Assembly: GCF_044704955.1 (NCBI RefSeq)
Contig: NC_091997.1
Coordinates: 42,222,001 to 42,286,000, forward strand
Length of the DNA stretch: 64,000 nt
Source: Pristiophorus japonicus
Lineage: Eukaryota
Reading direction: 5' to 3'
Below the pieces are notes generated by a model. The model did no database searches and was not told the origin of the DNA. It was given only the letters and a program-made list of their open reading frames with translations. The position numbers were made by a program, and so were the translations under genes. Below, piece by piece: positions 49,496 through 62,880 of this stretch. Each line of letters begins with the position of its first letter. The stretch's first letter is position 1.

Positions 49496-52400
49496 AAACA
49501 GTGGGTGAGCTATTGTGATCTGGGATTCAATTGTAAGGGGAATAGATAGGCGTTTCTGCGGCCGCAACCGAGACTCCAGGATGGTATGTTGCCTCCCTGG
49601 TGCAAGGATCAAGGATGTCTTGGAGCAGGTGCAGGACATTTTGAAAAGGGAGGGTGAACAGCCAGTTGTCATGATGCATATAGGTACCAACGATGTAGGG
49701 AAAAAACGGCATGAGGTCCTATGAGATGAATTTAGGGAGCTAGGAGCTAAATTAAAAAGTAGGATATCAAAAGTAGCAATCTCAGTGCCATGTGCTAGTC
49801 AGAGTAGGAATCGCAGGATAGCTCAGATGAATACGTGGCTTGAGCAGTGGTGCAGAAGGGCGGATTCAAATTCCTGGGATATTGGAACGGTCTCTGGGGA
49901 AGGTGGGACCTGTACAAAACGGACGGTCTGCACCTGGGCAGGACCAGAACCAATGTCCTTGGGGGAGTGTTTGCTAGTGCTGTTGGGGAGGAGTTAAACT
50001 AATATGGCAGGGCGATGGGAATCTATGCAGGGAGACAGAGGGAAGTAGAATGGGGGCAGAAGCAAAAGATTGAAAGAAGAAAAGTAAAATTGAGGGCAGA
50101 GAAACCTAAGGCAAAAAGCAAAAAGGGCCACATTACAGCAAAATTCTAAAGGAGCAAAGTGTGTAAGAAAGACAAGCCTGAAGGCTCTCAATACGAGGAG
50201 TATTTGGAATAAGGTGGCCGAATTAACTGCGCAGATAGCAGTTAACGGTTATGATGTAATTGGCATCACGGAGACATGGCTTCAGGGTGACCAAGGCTGG
50301 GAACTCAACATCCAGGGGTATTCAACATTTAGGATGGATAGACGGAAAGGAAAAGGAGGCGGGGTGGCATTGCTGGTTAAAGAGGAAATTGATGCAATAG
50401 TCAGGAAGGACATTAGCTTGGATGATGTGGAATCGGTATGGGTGGAGCTACGGAATACTAAAGGGAAAAAAACGCTAGTGGGAGTTGTGTACAGACCACC
50501 AAACATTAGTGGTGAGATTGGGGACAGGACAGCATCAAACAAGAAATAAGGGATGCTGCAATAAAGGTACAGCAGTTATCATGGGTGATATTAACCTACA
50601 TATTGATTGGGCTAACCAAACTGGTAGCAATGCGGTGGAGGAGCATTTCCTGGAGTGTACTAGGGATGGTTTTCGAGAGCAATATGTGGAGGAACCAACT
50701 GGAGAGCTGGCCATCCGAGACTGGGTGATGTGTAATGAGAAAGGACTAATTAGCAATCTTGTTTTGCGAGGCCCCTTGGGGAAGAGTGACCGTAATATGG
50801 TAGAATTCTTTATTAAGATGGAAAGTGACACAGTTAATTCAGAAACTAGTGTCCTGAAATTAAGTAAAGGTAGCTTCGATGGTTTGAGGTATGAGTTGGC
50901 TAGCATAGACTGGCATATGATATTTAAAGGGTTGAAGGAGGATAGGCAATGGCAAACATTTAAGATCACATGGATGAACTTCAGCAATTGTACATCCCTG
51001 TCTGGAGTAAAAATAAAATGGGGAAGATGGCTCAACCATGGCTAACAAGGAAAATTAAGGATAGTTTTAAATCCAAGGAAGATGCATATAAATTGGCCAG
51101 AAAAGGTAGCAAATCTGAGGACTGGGAGAAATTTAGAATTCAGCAGGGGAGGACAAAGGGTTTAATTAAGAGGGGGAAAATAGAGCACGAGAGGAAGCTT
51201 GCCAGGAACATAAAAGCTGACTGCAAAAGATTCTATAGATATGTGAAGAGAAAAAGATTAGTGAAGACAAACATAGGTCCCTTGCAGTAGGATTGAGGTG
51301 AATTTATAGTGGGGAACAAAGAAATGACAGACCAATTGAATAAATACTTTGGTTCTGTCTTCATGAAGGAAGGCACAAATAACCTTCCATAAGTACTAGG
51401 GGACTGAGGGTCTAGTGAGAAGTAAGAACTGAAGGATATCCTTATGAGGCGGGAAATTGTGTTAGGGAAATTGATGGGATTGAAGGCCGATAAATCCCCC
51501 GGGGCCTGCTAGTCTGCATCCCGGAGTACTTAAGGAAGTGGCCCTAGAAAAAGTGGATGCATTGGTGGTAATTTTCCAACAGTGTATCGATTCTGGATCA
51601 GTTCCTATGGACGGGAGGGTAGCTAATGTAACACCACTTTTTAAAAAAGGAGGGAGAGAGAAAACGGGTAATTATAGATCGGTTAGCCTGACATCAGTAG
51701 TGGGGAAAATGTTGGAATCAATTATTAAGGATGAAATAGCAGCACATTTGGAAAGCAGTGACAGGATCGGTCCAAGTCAGCATGGATTTATGAAAAGGAA
51801 ATCATGCTTGACAAACCTTCTGGAATTTTTTTAGGATGTAACTAGTAGAGTGGACAAGGGAGAACCAGTGGATGTGGTGTATTTGGACTCAAAAGGCTTT
51901 GCCACACAAATCAGTTGGGAAAGGCTTGACAAGGTCCCACACAGAGATTGGTGTGCATAATGAAGTATGTATTGACGTGAATAGAGAACTAGTTGGCAGA
52001 CAAGAAAGCAGAGAGTCGGGATGAACGCGTCTTCTTCAGAATGGCAGGCAGTGACTAGTAGTGCCGCTGGGGTCAGTGCTGTGACCCCAGCTCTTTACTA
52101 TATACATTAATGATTTAGATGAAGGAATTGAGTGTAGTATCTCCAAGTTTGCAGATGACACTAAACTGGATGGCGGTGTGAGCTGTGAGGAGGATGCTAA
52201 GAGGCTACAGGGTGACTTGGACAGGTAGGTGAGTGGGCAAATGCATGGCAGATGCAATATAAATTGGACAAATGTGAGGTTATCCACTTTGGGAGCAAAA
52301 ACATGAAGGCTGAATATTACTTGAATGGCGGCAGATTAGGAAAGGGGGAGGAGCAATGAGACCTGGGTGTCATGGTACATCAGTCATTGAAAGTTGGCAT

Positions 52401-53062
52401 GCAGGTACTGCAGGCAGTGAAGAAGGCAAATGATATGTTGGCCTTCATAGCTAGGGGATTTGAGTATAGGAACTGGGAGGTCTTACTGTAGTTCTACAGG
52501 GTCTTGGTGAGGGCGCACCTGCAATATTGTGTTCAGTTTTGGTCTCCTGATCTGAGGAAGGACATTCTTGCTATTGAGAGAATGCAGACTGATTCCCGGG
52601 ATGGCTGATCTGACATATGTAGAGAGACTGGATCAACTGGGTCTTTTTACATTGGAGTTTAGAAAGATGAGAGGGGATCTCATAGAAACATATAAGATTC
52701 TGACGGGAATGAACAGGTTAGATGCGGGAAGAATGTTCCCGATGTTGGGGAAATCTAGAACCAGGGGACACAGTCTTAGGATAAGGGGTAGGCCATTTAG
52801 GACTGAGATGAGGAGAAACCTCTTCACTCAGAGAGTTGTTAACCTGTGGAATTCCCTGACACAGAGGGTTGTTGATGCCAGTTCATCGGATATATTCAAG
52901 AGAAAGTTAGATATGGCCCTTACAGCTAAAATGATCAAGGGGTATGGAGAGAAAGCAGGAAAGGCGTACTGAGGGAATGATCAGCCATGATCTTATTGAA
53001 TGGTGATGCAGGCCAGAATGGCTGAACGGCCTACTCGTCCACCTACTTTCTATGTTTCTATC
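48618..53062 (+). mobile_element. Full-length CR1 LINE (5' UTR repeats, ORF1 zinc finger/leucine zipper + esterase, ORF2 endonuclease-RT), decayed, ORF1 rearranged
   Basis: ORF1 ATG at 48955 (MAGELGHVLCSS...CGKC); esterase at 49515-49990; endonuclease from 50214; RT; tail ttctatgtttcta. Same family as 16044-19625. Confidence 0.92.
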
Positions 53063-56000
53063 AATAGTTGAATTTCAAATTCAGATGGAGGGTGAGAAAA
53101 TTGGATCTCAAACCAGCCTAATAAGTTTAAATAAAGGAGAATATGAAGGTATGAGGGCAGAGTTGGATAAAGTGGACTGGGAAATTAGATTATTGAGTAG
53201 GACGATAGATGAACAATGGCATACATTTAAGGAGCTATTTCACAACTCTCAAGAAAAATATATTCCAGTGAGGAGAAAGGGGTGTAAAAGAAAAGATAGC
53301 CATCCATGGCTAACTAAATAAATAAAGGATGGTATCCAATGTAAAACAAGGGCATACAAAGTGGCCAAAACTAGTAGGAGGACAGAATATTGGGAAACTT
53401 TTAAAAGCCAGCAAAGAATGACTTAAAAAATTAGGAAGATAGACTATGAAAGTAAACTAGCACGAAATACTAAAAACAGATAACAAGAGTTCCTGTAGAA
53501 ACATAAAAATGAAGAGTGACTAAAGTAAATGTTGGTTGCTTCGAGGACGAGATGGGGAATTAGTAATCATCATCATCATAGGCAGTCCCTCGGAATTGTG
53601 GAAGACTTGCTTCCACTCTTAAAATGAGTCCTTCGGTGGCTGAACAGTCTAATATGAGAACCACAGTCCTTGTCACAGGTGGGACAGATAGTCATTGAGG
53701 GAAAGGGTGGGTGGTACTGGTTTGCCACACAATCTTTTGCTGCCTGCACTTGATTTCTGCATGCTCTCGGTGAAGTAACTCGAGGTGCTCAGCACTCTCC
53801 CAGATGCACTTCCTCCACGTAGGGCGTTCTTTAGCCAGGGACTCCCAGGTGTCAGTGGGGATGTTGCACTTTTTCAGAGAGGCTTTGAGGGTGTCCCTGT
53901 AACATTTCCTCTGCCCACCTTTGGCTCGTTTGCTGTGAAGGAGTTCCACGTGGAGCGCTTGCTTTGGGAGTCTCGTGTCTGGCATGCGAACTATGTAGCT
54001 TGCCCAGCGGAGCTGATCAAGTGTGGTCAGTATTTCAATGCTGGGGATGTTGGCTTGGTTGAGCACGCTAATGTTGGTGCATCTGTCCTCCCAGGGGATT
54101 TATAGGATCTTGCGGAGACATCGTTGGTGGTATTTCTCCAGCGACTTGAGGTGTCTACTGTACATGGTCCATGTCTCTCAGCCATACAGGAGGGTGGGTA
54201 TTACTACAGCCCTGTAGAACATGAGCTTGGTGGCAGCTTTGGGGGCCTGGTCTTCGAACACTCTTTTCCTCAGGTGGCACTGGCGCACTGGAGGCAGTGT
54301 TGAATCTCATCATCAACGTCTGCACTTGTTGTAAGAGGATCCCGAGCTATGGGAAATGGTCCACCTTGTCCAAGGCCGCGCTATTGATGTTGATGACTGG
54401 GGGCTGGGGCCCGCTCGAAGGAGCACTTCGAAGATCTCCTCAATTGAGACTCTGCCTTTGACTCGAGTGTTCTCAGCTCCATCCCGCAGCATGCTATCCA
54501 CCACCACCTCAGTAAAACCCCAACACTGCATAAGGTAGAAAAAGCCATAAGACAGCTTAAGAACAACAAGGCTATGGGAGCGGAAGGAATCTGAAGTACT
54601 GAAGTATGGCGGAGAAGGAATCTGAGGCACTGAAGTATGGCAGAGAGGCATTACTGCCGCACATACATGATCTCATCTCTCTCATCTGGAGGGAGGAGAG
54701 CATGCTGGGAGATCTCAGAGATGCAGTGATCGTGACCATCTTTTAAAAAACCGACAATTCTGACTGCGGCAACTACAGAGGAATCTTCCTGTTATCAGCC
54801 TCAGGGAAAGTCATCGATAGAGTTCTCCTCAACCATCTTCTCCCTGTGGCTGAAGAGCTCCTCCCGGAGTCAAAGTGTGAATTTCATCTCCTACGGGGCA
54901 AAACGGACATGATTTTTGCAGCGCAGGAAAAATGCAGGAAACAGCACCAGCCTTTATACATGGCCTTCTTCAACGGTACAAAGGCCTTTGACACTGTCAA
55001 CCGCGAGGATCTATAGAGCGTCCTCCTCCATTTCGGATGCCTCCAAAGTTCGCCACCATCCTCCGCCTGCTCCACGATGACATGCAGGTCATGATCTTTA
55101 CCAAGAGATTAGTAATGGAGAACATTGAGATGGCAGAAACTCTGAACAAATATTTTGTATCAGTCTTTAAGGTAGAGGACACAAAAAATATCCTAATAGT
55201 GGATAGTTAGGGGGCTATAGGAGGTGAGTAACTTAACACAATTACAATCACTAAGGATGTGGTACTCAGTAAGATAATGGGACTAAAGGTGGATAAATCC
55301 TTTCGACCTGATGGCTTGCATGCTAGAGTCTTAAGAGAAGTAGCGGCAGGGATAGTGGATGCATTGGTTGTAATTTAGCAAAATTCCCTGGATTCTGGGG
55401 AGGTTCCAGCAGATTGGAAAACTGCAAATGTAATGCCCATATTTAAAAAAGGAGGCAGACAAAAAGCAGGAATCTATAAACCAGTTAGCCTAACATCTGT
55501 GTTTGGGAAAATGTTGGGATCCATTATTAAAGAAGCAGTAGGAGGACATTTGGAAAAGCATAATTCGGTCAGCATGGATTTATGAAGGGGAAGTCATGTT
55601 TGACAAATTTGCTGGAATTCTTTGAGGATGTAATGAACAGGGTGGATAAAGGGAAACTAGTGATGTGGTGTATTTGGACTTCCGGAAGGCATTTGACAAG
55701 GTGCCACATAAAAGGTTACTGCACAAGATAAAGTTCACAGGGTTGGGAGTAATATATTAGCGTGGATCGAGGATTGGCTAAATACCAGAAAACAGAGAGT
55801 CGTGATAAATGGTTCATTCTCGGGCTGGCAATCAGTAATAAGTGAGGTGCCACAGGTATCGTTGCTAGGACCCCAATTATTTACAATCTATATTAATGAC
55901 TTGGAAGAAGGGACTGAGTATAACATAGGGACACAAAAAATCTGCGAAAGGAAATAGACAGGTTAAGTGAGTGGGCAAAAATTTGGCAGATGGAGTATAA

Positions 56001-56822
56001 TGTTGGAAAGTGTGAGGTCATGCACTTTGGCAGAAAAAAAATCAAAGAGCAAATTATTATTTAAATGAAGAAAAACTGCAAAGTGCTGCAGTACAACGGG
56101 ACCTGGGGGTACTTGTGCATGAAACACAAAAGATTAGTATGCAGGTACAGCAAATGATCAGGAAGGCCAATGGAATCTTGGCCTTTTTGCAAAGGGAATG
56201 GAGTATAAAAGCAGGGAAGTCTTGCTACCATTATACAGGGTATTGATGAGGCCATACCTGGAATACTGCGTCCAGTTTTTTGCTTTCCATATTTACGAAA
56301 GGATATACCTGCTTTGGAGGCAATTCAGAGAAGGTTCACTAGGTTGATTGCGGAGATGAGGAGGTTGACTTATGAGGAAAGGTTGAGGAGGTTGGGCCTC
56401 TACTCATTGGAATTCAGAAGAATGAGAGGTGATCTTATCGAAACATAAGATTATGAGGGGGCTTGACAAAGTGGATGCAGAGAAGATGTTTCCACTGATA
56501 GGAGAGACTAGACCTCGAGGGCATAATCTTAAAATAAGGTGCCGTCCATTTAAATCTGAGATGAGGAGGGATTTCTTCTCTCAGAGGGTTATAAACCTGT
56601 GGAGTTGGCTGCCTCAGAGAGCTGTGGAAGCCGGGACATTGAATAATTTTAAGACAGAGATAGACAGCTTCTTCACAGATAATGGATTAAGGGGTTATGG
56701 GGAGTGGACAGGGAAGTGGAACTGAGTCCATGATCGGATCAGCAATGAGTGTATTAAATGGCGGAGCAGGCTCGAGGGACCGTATGGCTTACTCCTGCTC
56801 CTATTTCTCATGTTCTTATGTT
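53063..56822 (+). mobile_element. 5'-truncated CR1 (second family), interrupted by an RTE at 53568-55107
   Basis: ORF2 remnants at 53063-53567 and 55117-56725; tail ttctcatgttcttatg near 56805-56822. Confidence 0.87.
53568..55107 (-). mobile_element. 5'-truncated RTE with inverted 5' segment
   Basis: (CAT)n tail at 53568; minus-strand 3' part to about 54409; plus-strand RT segment at 54410-55104; TSD ATTAGTAAT at 53559-53567 and 55108-55116. Confidence 0.87.
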
Positions 56823-58670
56823 ATAAACCTTCATCTACTCTTTCATCAACTCCAGCCCTGAAATGTCCAAAGACATTTTTGTCAGCCCCATAAACTCCAC
56901 TCAGCATAAACTCTGACTCATCCAAAACGTGTCTGCCTGCAGCATTTCCTATACTATGTCTCATCTCTCTATTACCCATTTCCTCACCAATCTCCATTGC
57001 TTCCTCATCTCCCAATGCATTGAATTCAAAATCCATGTCCTAGTCTACAAATCTCTTCATGTCCGAGCCCCTTTCTACATCTGCAACCTCCTGAAGCTCT
57101 ACATAGCAACATGCACCCTCTGCACTTGTGACTGATCACCTTTGGAATCCGCTTCCCCTCTGCTTCACTGCGAGTGGCAGGGTTTATAGTGCCTTGGGTG
57201 CACATGTGGGAACTCTACTCGTAAAGCTATCTGCCTTGCCTTCTTTCTCCAAATCTTCAAAAGCCTTCTCAAAACTCATCCTTCCCACCTTGTCTTTAGC
57301 CATATCTACTGTAGTCCTGCTGTTTGGAGTCCATTTTTAACCTCTGTGTAGCATTATGGATTTACTGTGCTGAAGGTACCACATACCTGTGTTGCTGTTG
57401 AGAGTAGGAAATCGTATTCATAATATACTGAGTTGTAAATAAAAAATCAGAGAGAAAAACAAATCTAATTAACTATCTGTTAATCTTGAGAGCAAAACTC
57501 TGATTAATTCTCCCATTCTTTAGCCCAGTGGCACTATAGGAAATTGACCTGTGCCTGAGACTATCCCAAGAGATCAGCTTACTCAGCAGAGACCATTTCC
57601 AAACTACGCAGTGCTTTTGGCCACTAAGCCACCAACGGGAAGCTTTCTCTTTATTTTCAAATAGCAGTATTAGCAGAGTCAGCAGCAAATGAGAGAAAAA
57701 CTGATTAATGGCAGGGCAAACTGGGGGACATAGAGGTGCCTTTGTGAGTCTCCAATCCGCCCTTCGAGAGAGAACTTGTCTGTGAGGTGCATATTATTGA
57801 CTTAGACACCAATTTATATCACCATATTTCACGTTAGTCACAGCAGACAAAGTACCTGGATTTCAGGATTGAAACAGTATCCATTTGGAACAATAAATTT
57901 CATAATTTGTCCCATTTGTTGTATGTTAGTCTGCTGTGTACCCACAAACATTTGGGTGTCTGAGCGCACAAATCATTAAAATCTAATGCACAGGTAAAAA
58001 AGCAATCCAAAAGGTTAAAGGAATGTTACCCCCACACCAACCCCCCATCATCATCAAAATTTCATACATGACCGTAAGGCTGGAAAATTGGCTAGGGTCA
58101 GAGCACAGAAGAGCTAGGCCTCATTGTGCAAAGTAACACAAGCTCACCAGCTGCTGGGACAAGGCAGTGGAGATTGTGCTTTCCTGTGGAATAATACTCA
58201 GCATCATCTGCTCCTTTAAGGAGAGAGAAGTTAAGAGAAAAAAAATGAGAGGAAAAAACCATGGGGAGATGAGGATAATTTTTTTCATGCAGTAAGTTGT
58301 CATGATCTGAAACTCACTGTCTGAAAGGGTGGTAGAAGCAGATTCAGCAGTAACTTTCAAAAGGGAATTGGATATGTACTTGAAAAGGAAAGATTAGTAG
58401 GGCAATGCAGATAGAGCAGTAAAATGGGATTCATTTTATAGCACTTTTAAAGAGCCAGCACAGGCACAGTGGTCGAAAGGCCTGTATTCGTGCTATAAGA
58501 TTCTATGATTCTATGATTTTCATGCTTTCAATGATTTTGATATATACCTTTGTGGTTCTCTTTCTACCCTCTGATGTTCAAAGTTATTTTCTCCCCTCCT
58601 TTAAGTTCCTCTTGCTCAAACTATGTAGCACTGAATTTAGCATTGAACGTAAGAGTGAACCTTAGTCAAT

Positions 58671-59502
58671 GACCGGAATTTTCTGGAAGTAGGTGGCTCA
58701 GGGATGGGTGGGCCTCCGGGGTGAGCGATAACCCAGGAGGCCGGGCGTCCCAGAGGCCTGCCGGCTTGAACAGCAGGGCCTGATTTTCATGTGAGCACTC
58801 GGTTTCCCGCCCACAGCCAGCAAGATTGGGAGGCTGCGGGTGGGTAGGCCTGCTGGTGCAGAGAGGGAGGGATGGTCCGGTCCGGGGGGAGTGGATGTCA
58901 GCAGGGGATCGGGCTTCGGCGGGATGTTCGATCGGGGATCAGGCGGGCTCTGTCAGGGATCACGGGAGAGCTCGGTCGAGGATTGGCAGTGGTGGTTTGG
59001 CCGATGATCGGCGGTGATTGGGGATCAGTGAGGGGACGGGGGACTAGGGGTTGTCAGCTGGAGCATCGGTAGTGGGGGAGAGGCGATCAGGGCTGGCCAC
59101 CACAGCATTGTGGCCGGCCTCAGCACCATCAGTGGGTTTGGAGTGGGGAGGCCTCATGATGGGTTTCACAGGCCTGGGAAGGTGATCAGAAGCCTTGTGA
59201 GGGTGTCTCCAATCTCAGGGTGGATGGGTTAGATAGGGACCCTGACTCCAAGAGGTAGTTATAAAGCCACTTACCTCCTGGTGCAGCAGTCCGTGCCATT
59301 TTTAACAATTTAAATGCCCGCACGCTCCAAACCACCCGCTTTTAATCACAGAAATTTCCGATTTGGAGGATTCAATCCAACATATTCCTGGTATTTGAAA
59401 GAGAAGCACTTGCAAGACATCAACAAAAATGTCTCTTGGTAACCAAACTCTGGAAGGCGCATGGGGCAGTTTGTTTTTGATGTGCCCTCTGAATTTCCAG
59501 CC
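58671..59502. mobile_element. MITE-like (probably Harbinger-derived) non-autonomous DNA element
   Basis: Imperfect terminal inverted repeats gaccggaattttc ... gaatttccagcc; GC-rich non-coding interior. Confidence 0.45.
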
Positions 59503-62500
59503 TCCTTTGAAGGGACGGATCTTGCCTGCACTTAGTATTTCCCCAATGTTAAGGTTGAGTTTGGGATTTCGCTGGGAATGGATGGTGTCATGGATATGAA
59601 CCAGTGCTTTATCAGTGCAGACACAGAGGATTTAAAAACCAGCATATAATGGATCATTCATAGCTGCTGTAAAAGTTCTGGTGATCTATGTGCACTCAGG
59701 GTTGATATAATTTTACGGGTGCTAATGTCCTCCAATACATTATCACAAAGACCATTGTCCATATTAGCCAGATGGCAGGCTATTCCCTTGTTTGGGACAT
59801 CAGCCGAATCCAGTCTTGTCATGAACTAAAGTCCACGGACATGTCCTTCTCAGTAGGCATTACTGGATAACGATGCATGCGCAAATATCTGAATGGGCTG
59901 TGCTGCCAGTTAAAGGGCCCATGCACCAAAAAAATGACAGGGAACATTGGCTATGACGAAGGGTCATAATGCTGTCCCAGGTCACCTAACACCCAGTCAA
60001 TCCAAAATCTTCATGCTCTCAATAGTAAAAGTATTTGCAAAAGAAGCACGAAGAAGACATGAAAAAACATCTAAGAAAGATTAACAATAATGTTGTTCAA
60101 CTGAAACTCAGTAATTGGGTTTATTACAAAAGAAAAGATAATTTACAATATATAGCTTTGAACTACGTCCAGCTCTGCTATGCATGAACTGCTGAGGCCT
60201 GCCTATCGATGCTGTGTATTATGTCACTGATCAAGCTGAGATAAGCCGCTGATTTCTGCAGTACTCACTCGCCAATCACCTGCTATTTTCACAGTCGCTT
60301 TCAGAATCAGTATCGCTTTCAATTTCAATTTATCTGAACGTAGAGAGTGGGATTTCTCATTGTATAGTCAGCCAATGAGCAGCCTCCTGTGCAGATAGCT
60401 CACCTGATAAGATAGGAAGCCCAAACCACTGACCTGATCAGGCGTAGGAGCATGCTTAAAATTTTACAGACTTCCCGGTAGAAAATTCCCCTAGTTCAGC
60501 ATGAAATTGCAAATCTCACTCAGAATGGCTGGAGTGGGAAATGCAAAATGGTACATTGGTGTAGCAAGGGAAGGTTTTCTGAGATTTGGATTAAGATGCA
60601 TTGGGCTGGATTCTTCACTGCAATCCCACCGAAATGAGGCTAAATCTGGTGTTGAGGCCTAACAACGCCTCACCGCCCTGACCTGAAGTTCCATCCCCCC
60701 ACCTCTGTCCCCAGGAGAAATGCTGCTGGCTGTGTCAGGGGAAGGGTATTACTTCTTGAAATAATAGGGTTCGCAGCATTCAATGTCAGACATTCACAGA
60801 TTTATTAAGCATGGAATAATAATTGACAGTAATTAAACCTATATTTAACCGCAACAATTATGACAAAACTTTGCGAGGTTTAGCAGGAAAATGTACAACA
60901 CATTGCAGTTCCGAGCTCGGTGTACTTGATTGGCCAGACCATCGAATTCCAAAGTATCTGTTCTAACAAACACTTTTTACACCCTGTGTCACAACCGGTG
61001 CATGAAAATTTACACGTTCCATAGTACTGCCTAATATACAGTTAGCATTCAACACTGATTTGCCTGTACTGCCCTTGTCGCCATCGATCCTACTTCCAAA
61101 CAGACCTGAAGAAATGAGACTCCACGCTTATAATAATTATTTTTCAGGGCCATAGAGATTGACTGGCAGTAACTAACATTTATGTCATTAACACGGTTTT
61201 AGACTGAAGTAGACAGGACTTCAGTTTCTGTGGCAAATTTACTTCATATCTGCAATGAAAATATAGCAACATCACGCCTTTCATTGCATTTCAGTGGTGA
61301 GGCAGACAGCAAGATGTCATTTTTGTTAAGCCAACAGCAGGGTGGTGCATCTCAGACAGCAACGTTTGGATTTTTGTGTTTAACCTTGCATCCGCCCTCT
61401 TGTGCAGTTGCTGTACCATTTGTGCATAAATAAGAGTGAGTGCTATTAACCTCAGTTATTTCGAGAGCAAATTATGGCCCAGTGTTTTCTAACACACTTC
61501 ATTGGAAATACTCAACAGATGAATTCTTCACAAATAAACCTATTGTCCAGTTTCCAAAGTGCTGGGTCTGGCTGCAGTTCATCGACCTGACACCAAACAG
61601 TGGGGCAGCCAATTAAAATCATTAAGAGGTATTTTAAAGGTATTTAAAAATAATTTTACCAGGTACTTACCATTTTTCCAAGCTTTTTACGAGATTCACA
61701 TCCCTCGCAGAACACATTCTGTCTGGTTCTCAATAGCTTTGACTAGTTGATAGCTGCAGAAGTGGTATAAAAGTTACCATTTCACACCTGTTCACTTTCC
61801 AATCTCAGAGGCTTTCAGGATTTGGAAGACACTTTTGAGCTATATGCAGGTTGAAAGTGTTTGCAGTGAACTATCTAACCACTGTCACCTCCTTGAAACA
61901 ACTTCTTTCACCACTGACAGATCGCATCTGTCATCTCAACTTCAGCTGCCATCTATTCCCACAGCTTCGGTGCCCTTGAAAAGATTTCACATAGGTCCTC
62001 AGAATCCCACCACGATCAGCCCCAACACCAACATCACTAAACACACCAGCATCACCAACAACACTAACCTTTTCTGCAATCACCTGATGCTGAACAGGAC
62101 ACAGGGCATCAGCACCCAACCACATTGCTGCCGGGATGCCAGGGATGGCCAGATTTTCTTCACTTGATGCTGTACACCATGGCTGCCACATGATGCATCA
62201 GTTTGGCACCACCCCACACCAGCACCATAAAACATCTCTGCAATGCCTAAGCCATTATTTTTGCACTCATCGCCATTGTGGGGGGTATCCTTATGTCTCA
62301 CCATTCACTACACTTCACTAAGCTAGTTACAAAGGTGCAAATAGATCTGTCCAAAAATGCAAATGTTGAAAATAAAGATTTCAATGTTTGACAACACATT
62401 AGCAGAATCTCTACATTGGCTAAAAGACCCAAGTGCCTACCGTTGTGTGTTGTTAGTTGGTATGATTGAACAAGGCTGAGGGTAAGTGTAAGGTGTGGCT

Positions 62501-62659
62501 AGTGAGTATGGGATGTGATAATGTAGATAGAGAGTGATGAGTGCAAGCTAAGTTGTTGTGAGTAAAGATGTGCAGGAGCAGAGTAGGGAAGGCAGAGTGA
62601 TGGGGATGTAATGAGAGGCACAGTAGGATGAGGTTAATTGTGGCTTTTCAGTAACATAT

Positions 62660-62880
62660 CGTGATCTACTGAGATCATTGAAAGGTTTGCGTCACTGCAG
62701 GCTGGTCCTCATGATGACATCCCTGTTTGTGCCCTTATGTACAATGTGCAACCAGGCTGTGTGGTGTCCTACGGAGGTCTCTTCCGTCCATTGGAAGGAA
62801 AGAGTACCTCAGTGCGTGCTGTGACTCCCTCCATGAGCATATGCAGGGAGTCCTAGGAGAGCCTGGGTGCAGTCGTGCAT
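62660..62880 (-). mobile_element. Harbinger-type Myb/SANT-like ORF relic, within a larger decayed DNA transposon (about 61560-63177)
   Basis: Minus-strand translation APRLS*DSLHMLMEGVTARTEVLFP...AWLHI...RTSLQ*RKPFNDLSR fits the Myb/SANT trihelix pattern of PIF/Harbinger ORF2; contains stops and a frameshift. Confidence 0.68.

Larger units (their letters stand above)
43125..60260 (+). repeat. Segmental duplication, unit 3 (B3 + downstream flank); paralogous to about 6170-21100 apart from copy-specific TE insertions
   Basis: 47898-48610 matches 14089-14800; 56822-58107 matches 14800-16043; 58123-60260 matches 19626-21100. Confidence 0.88.
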
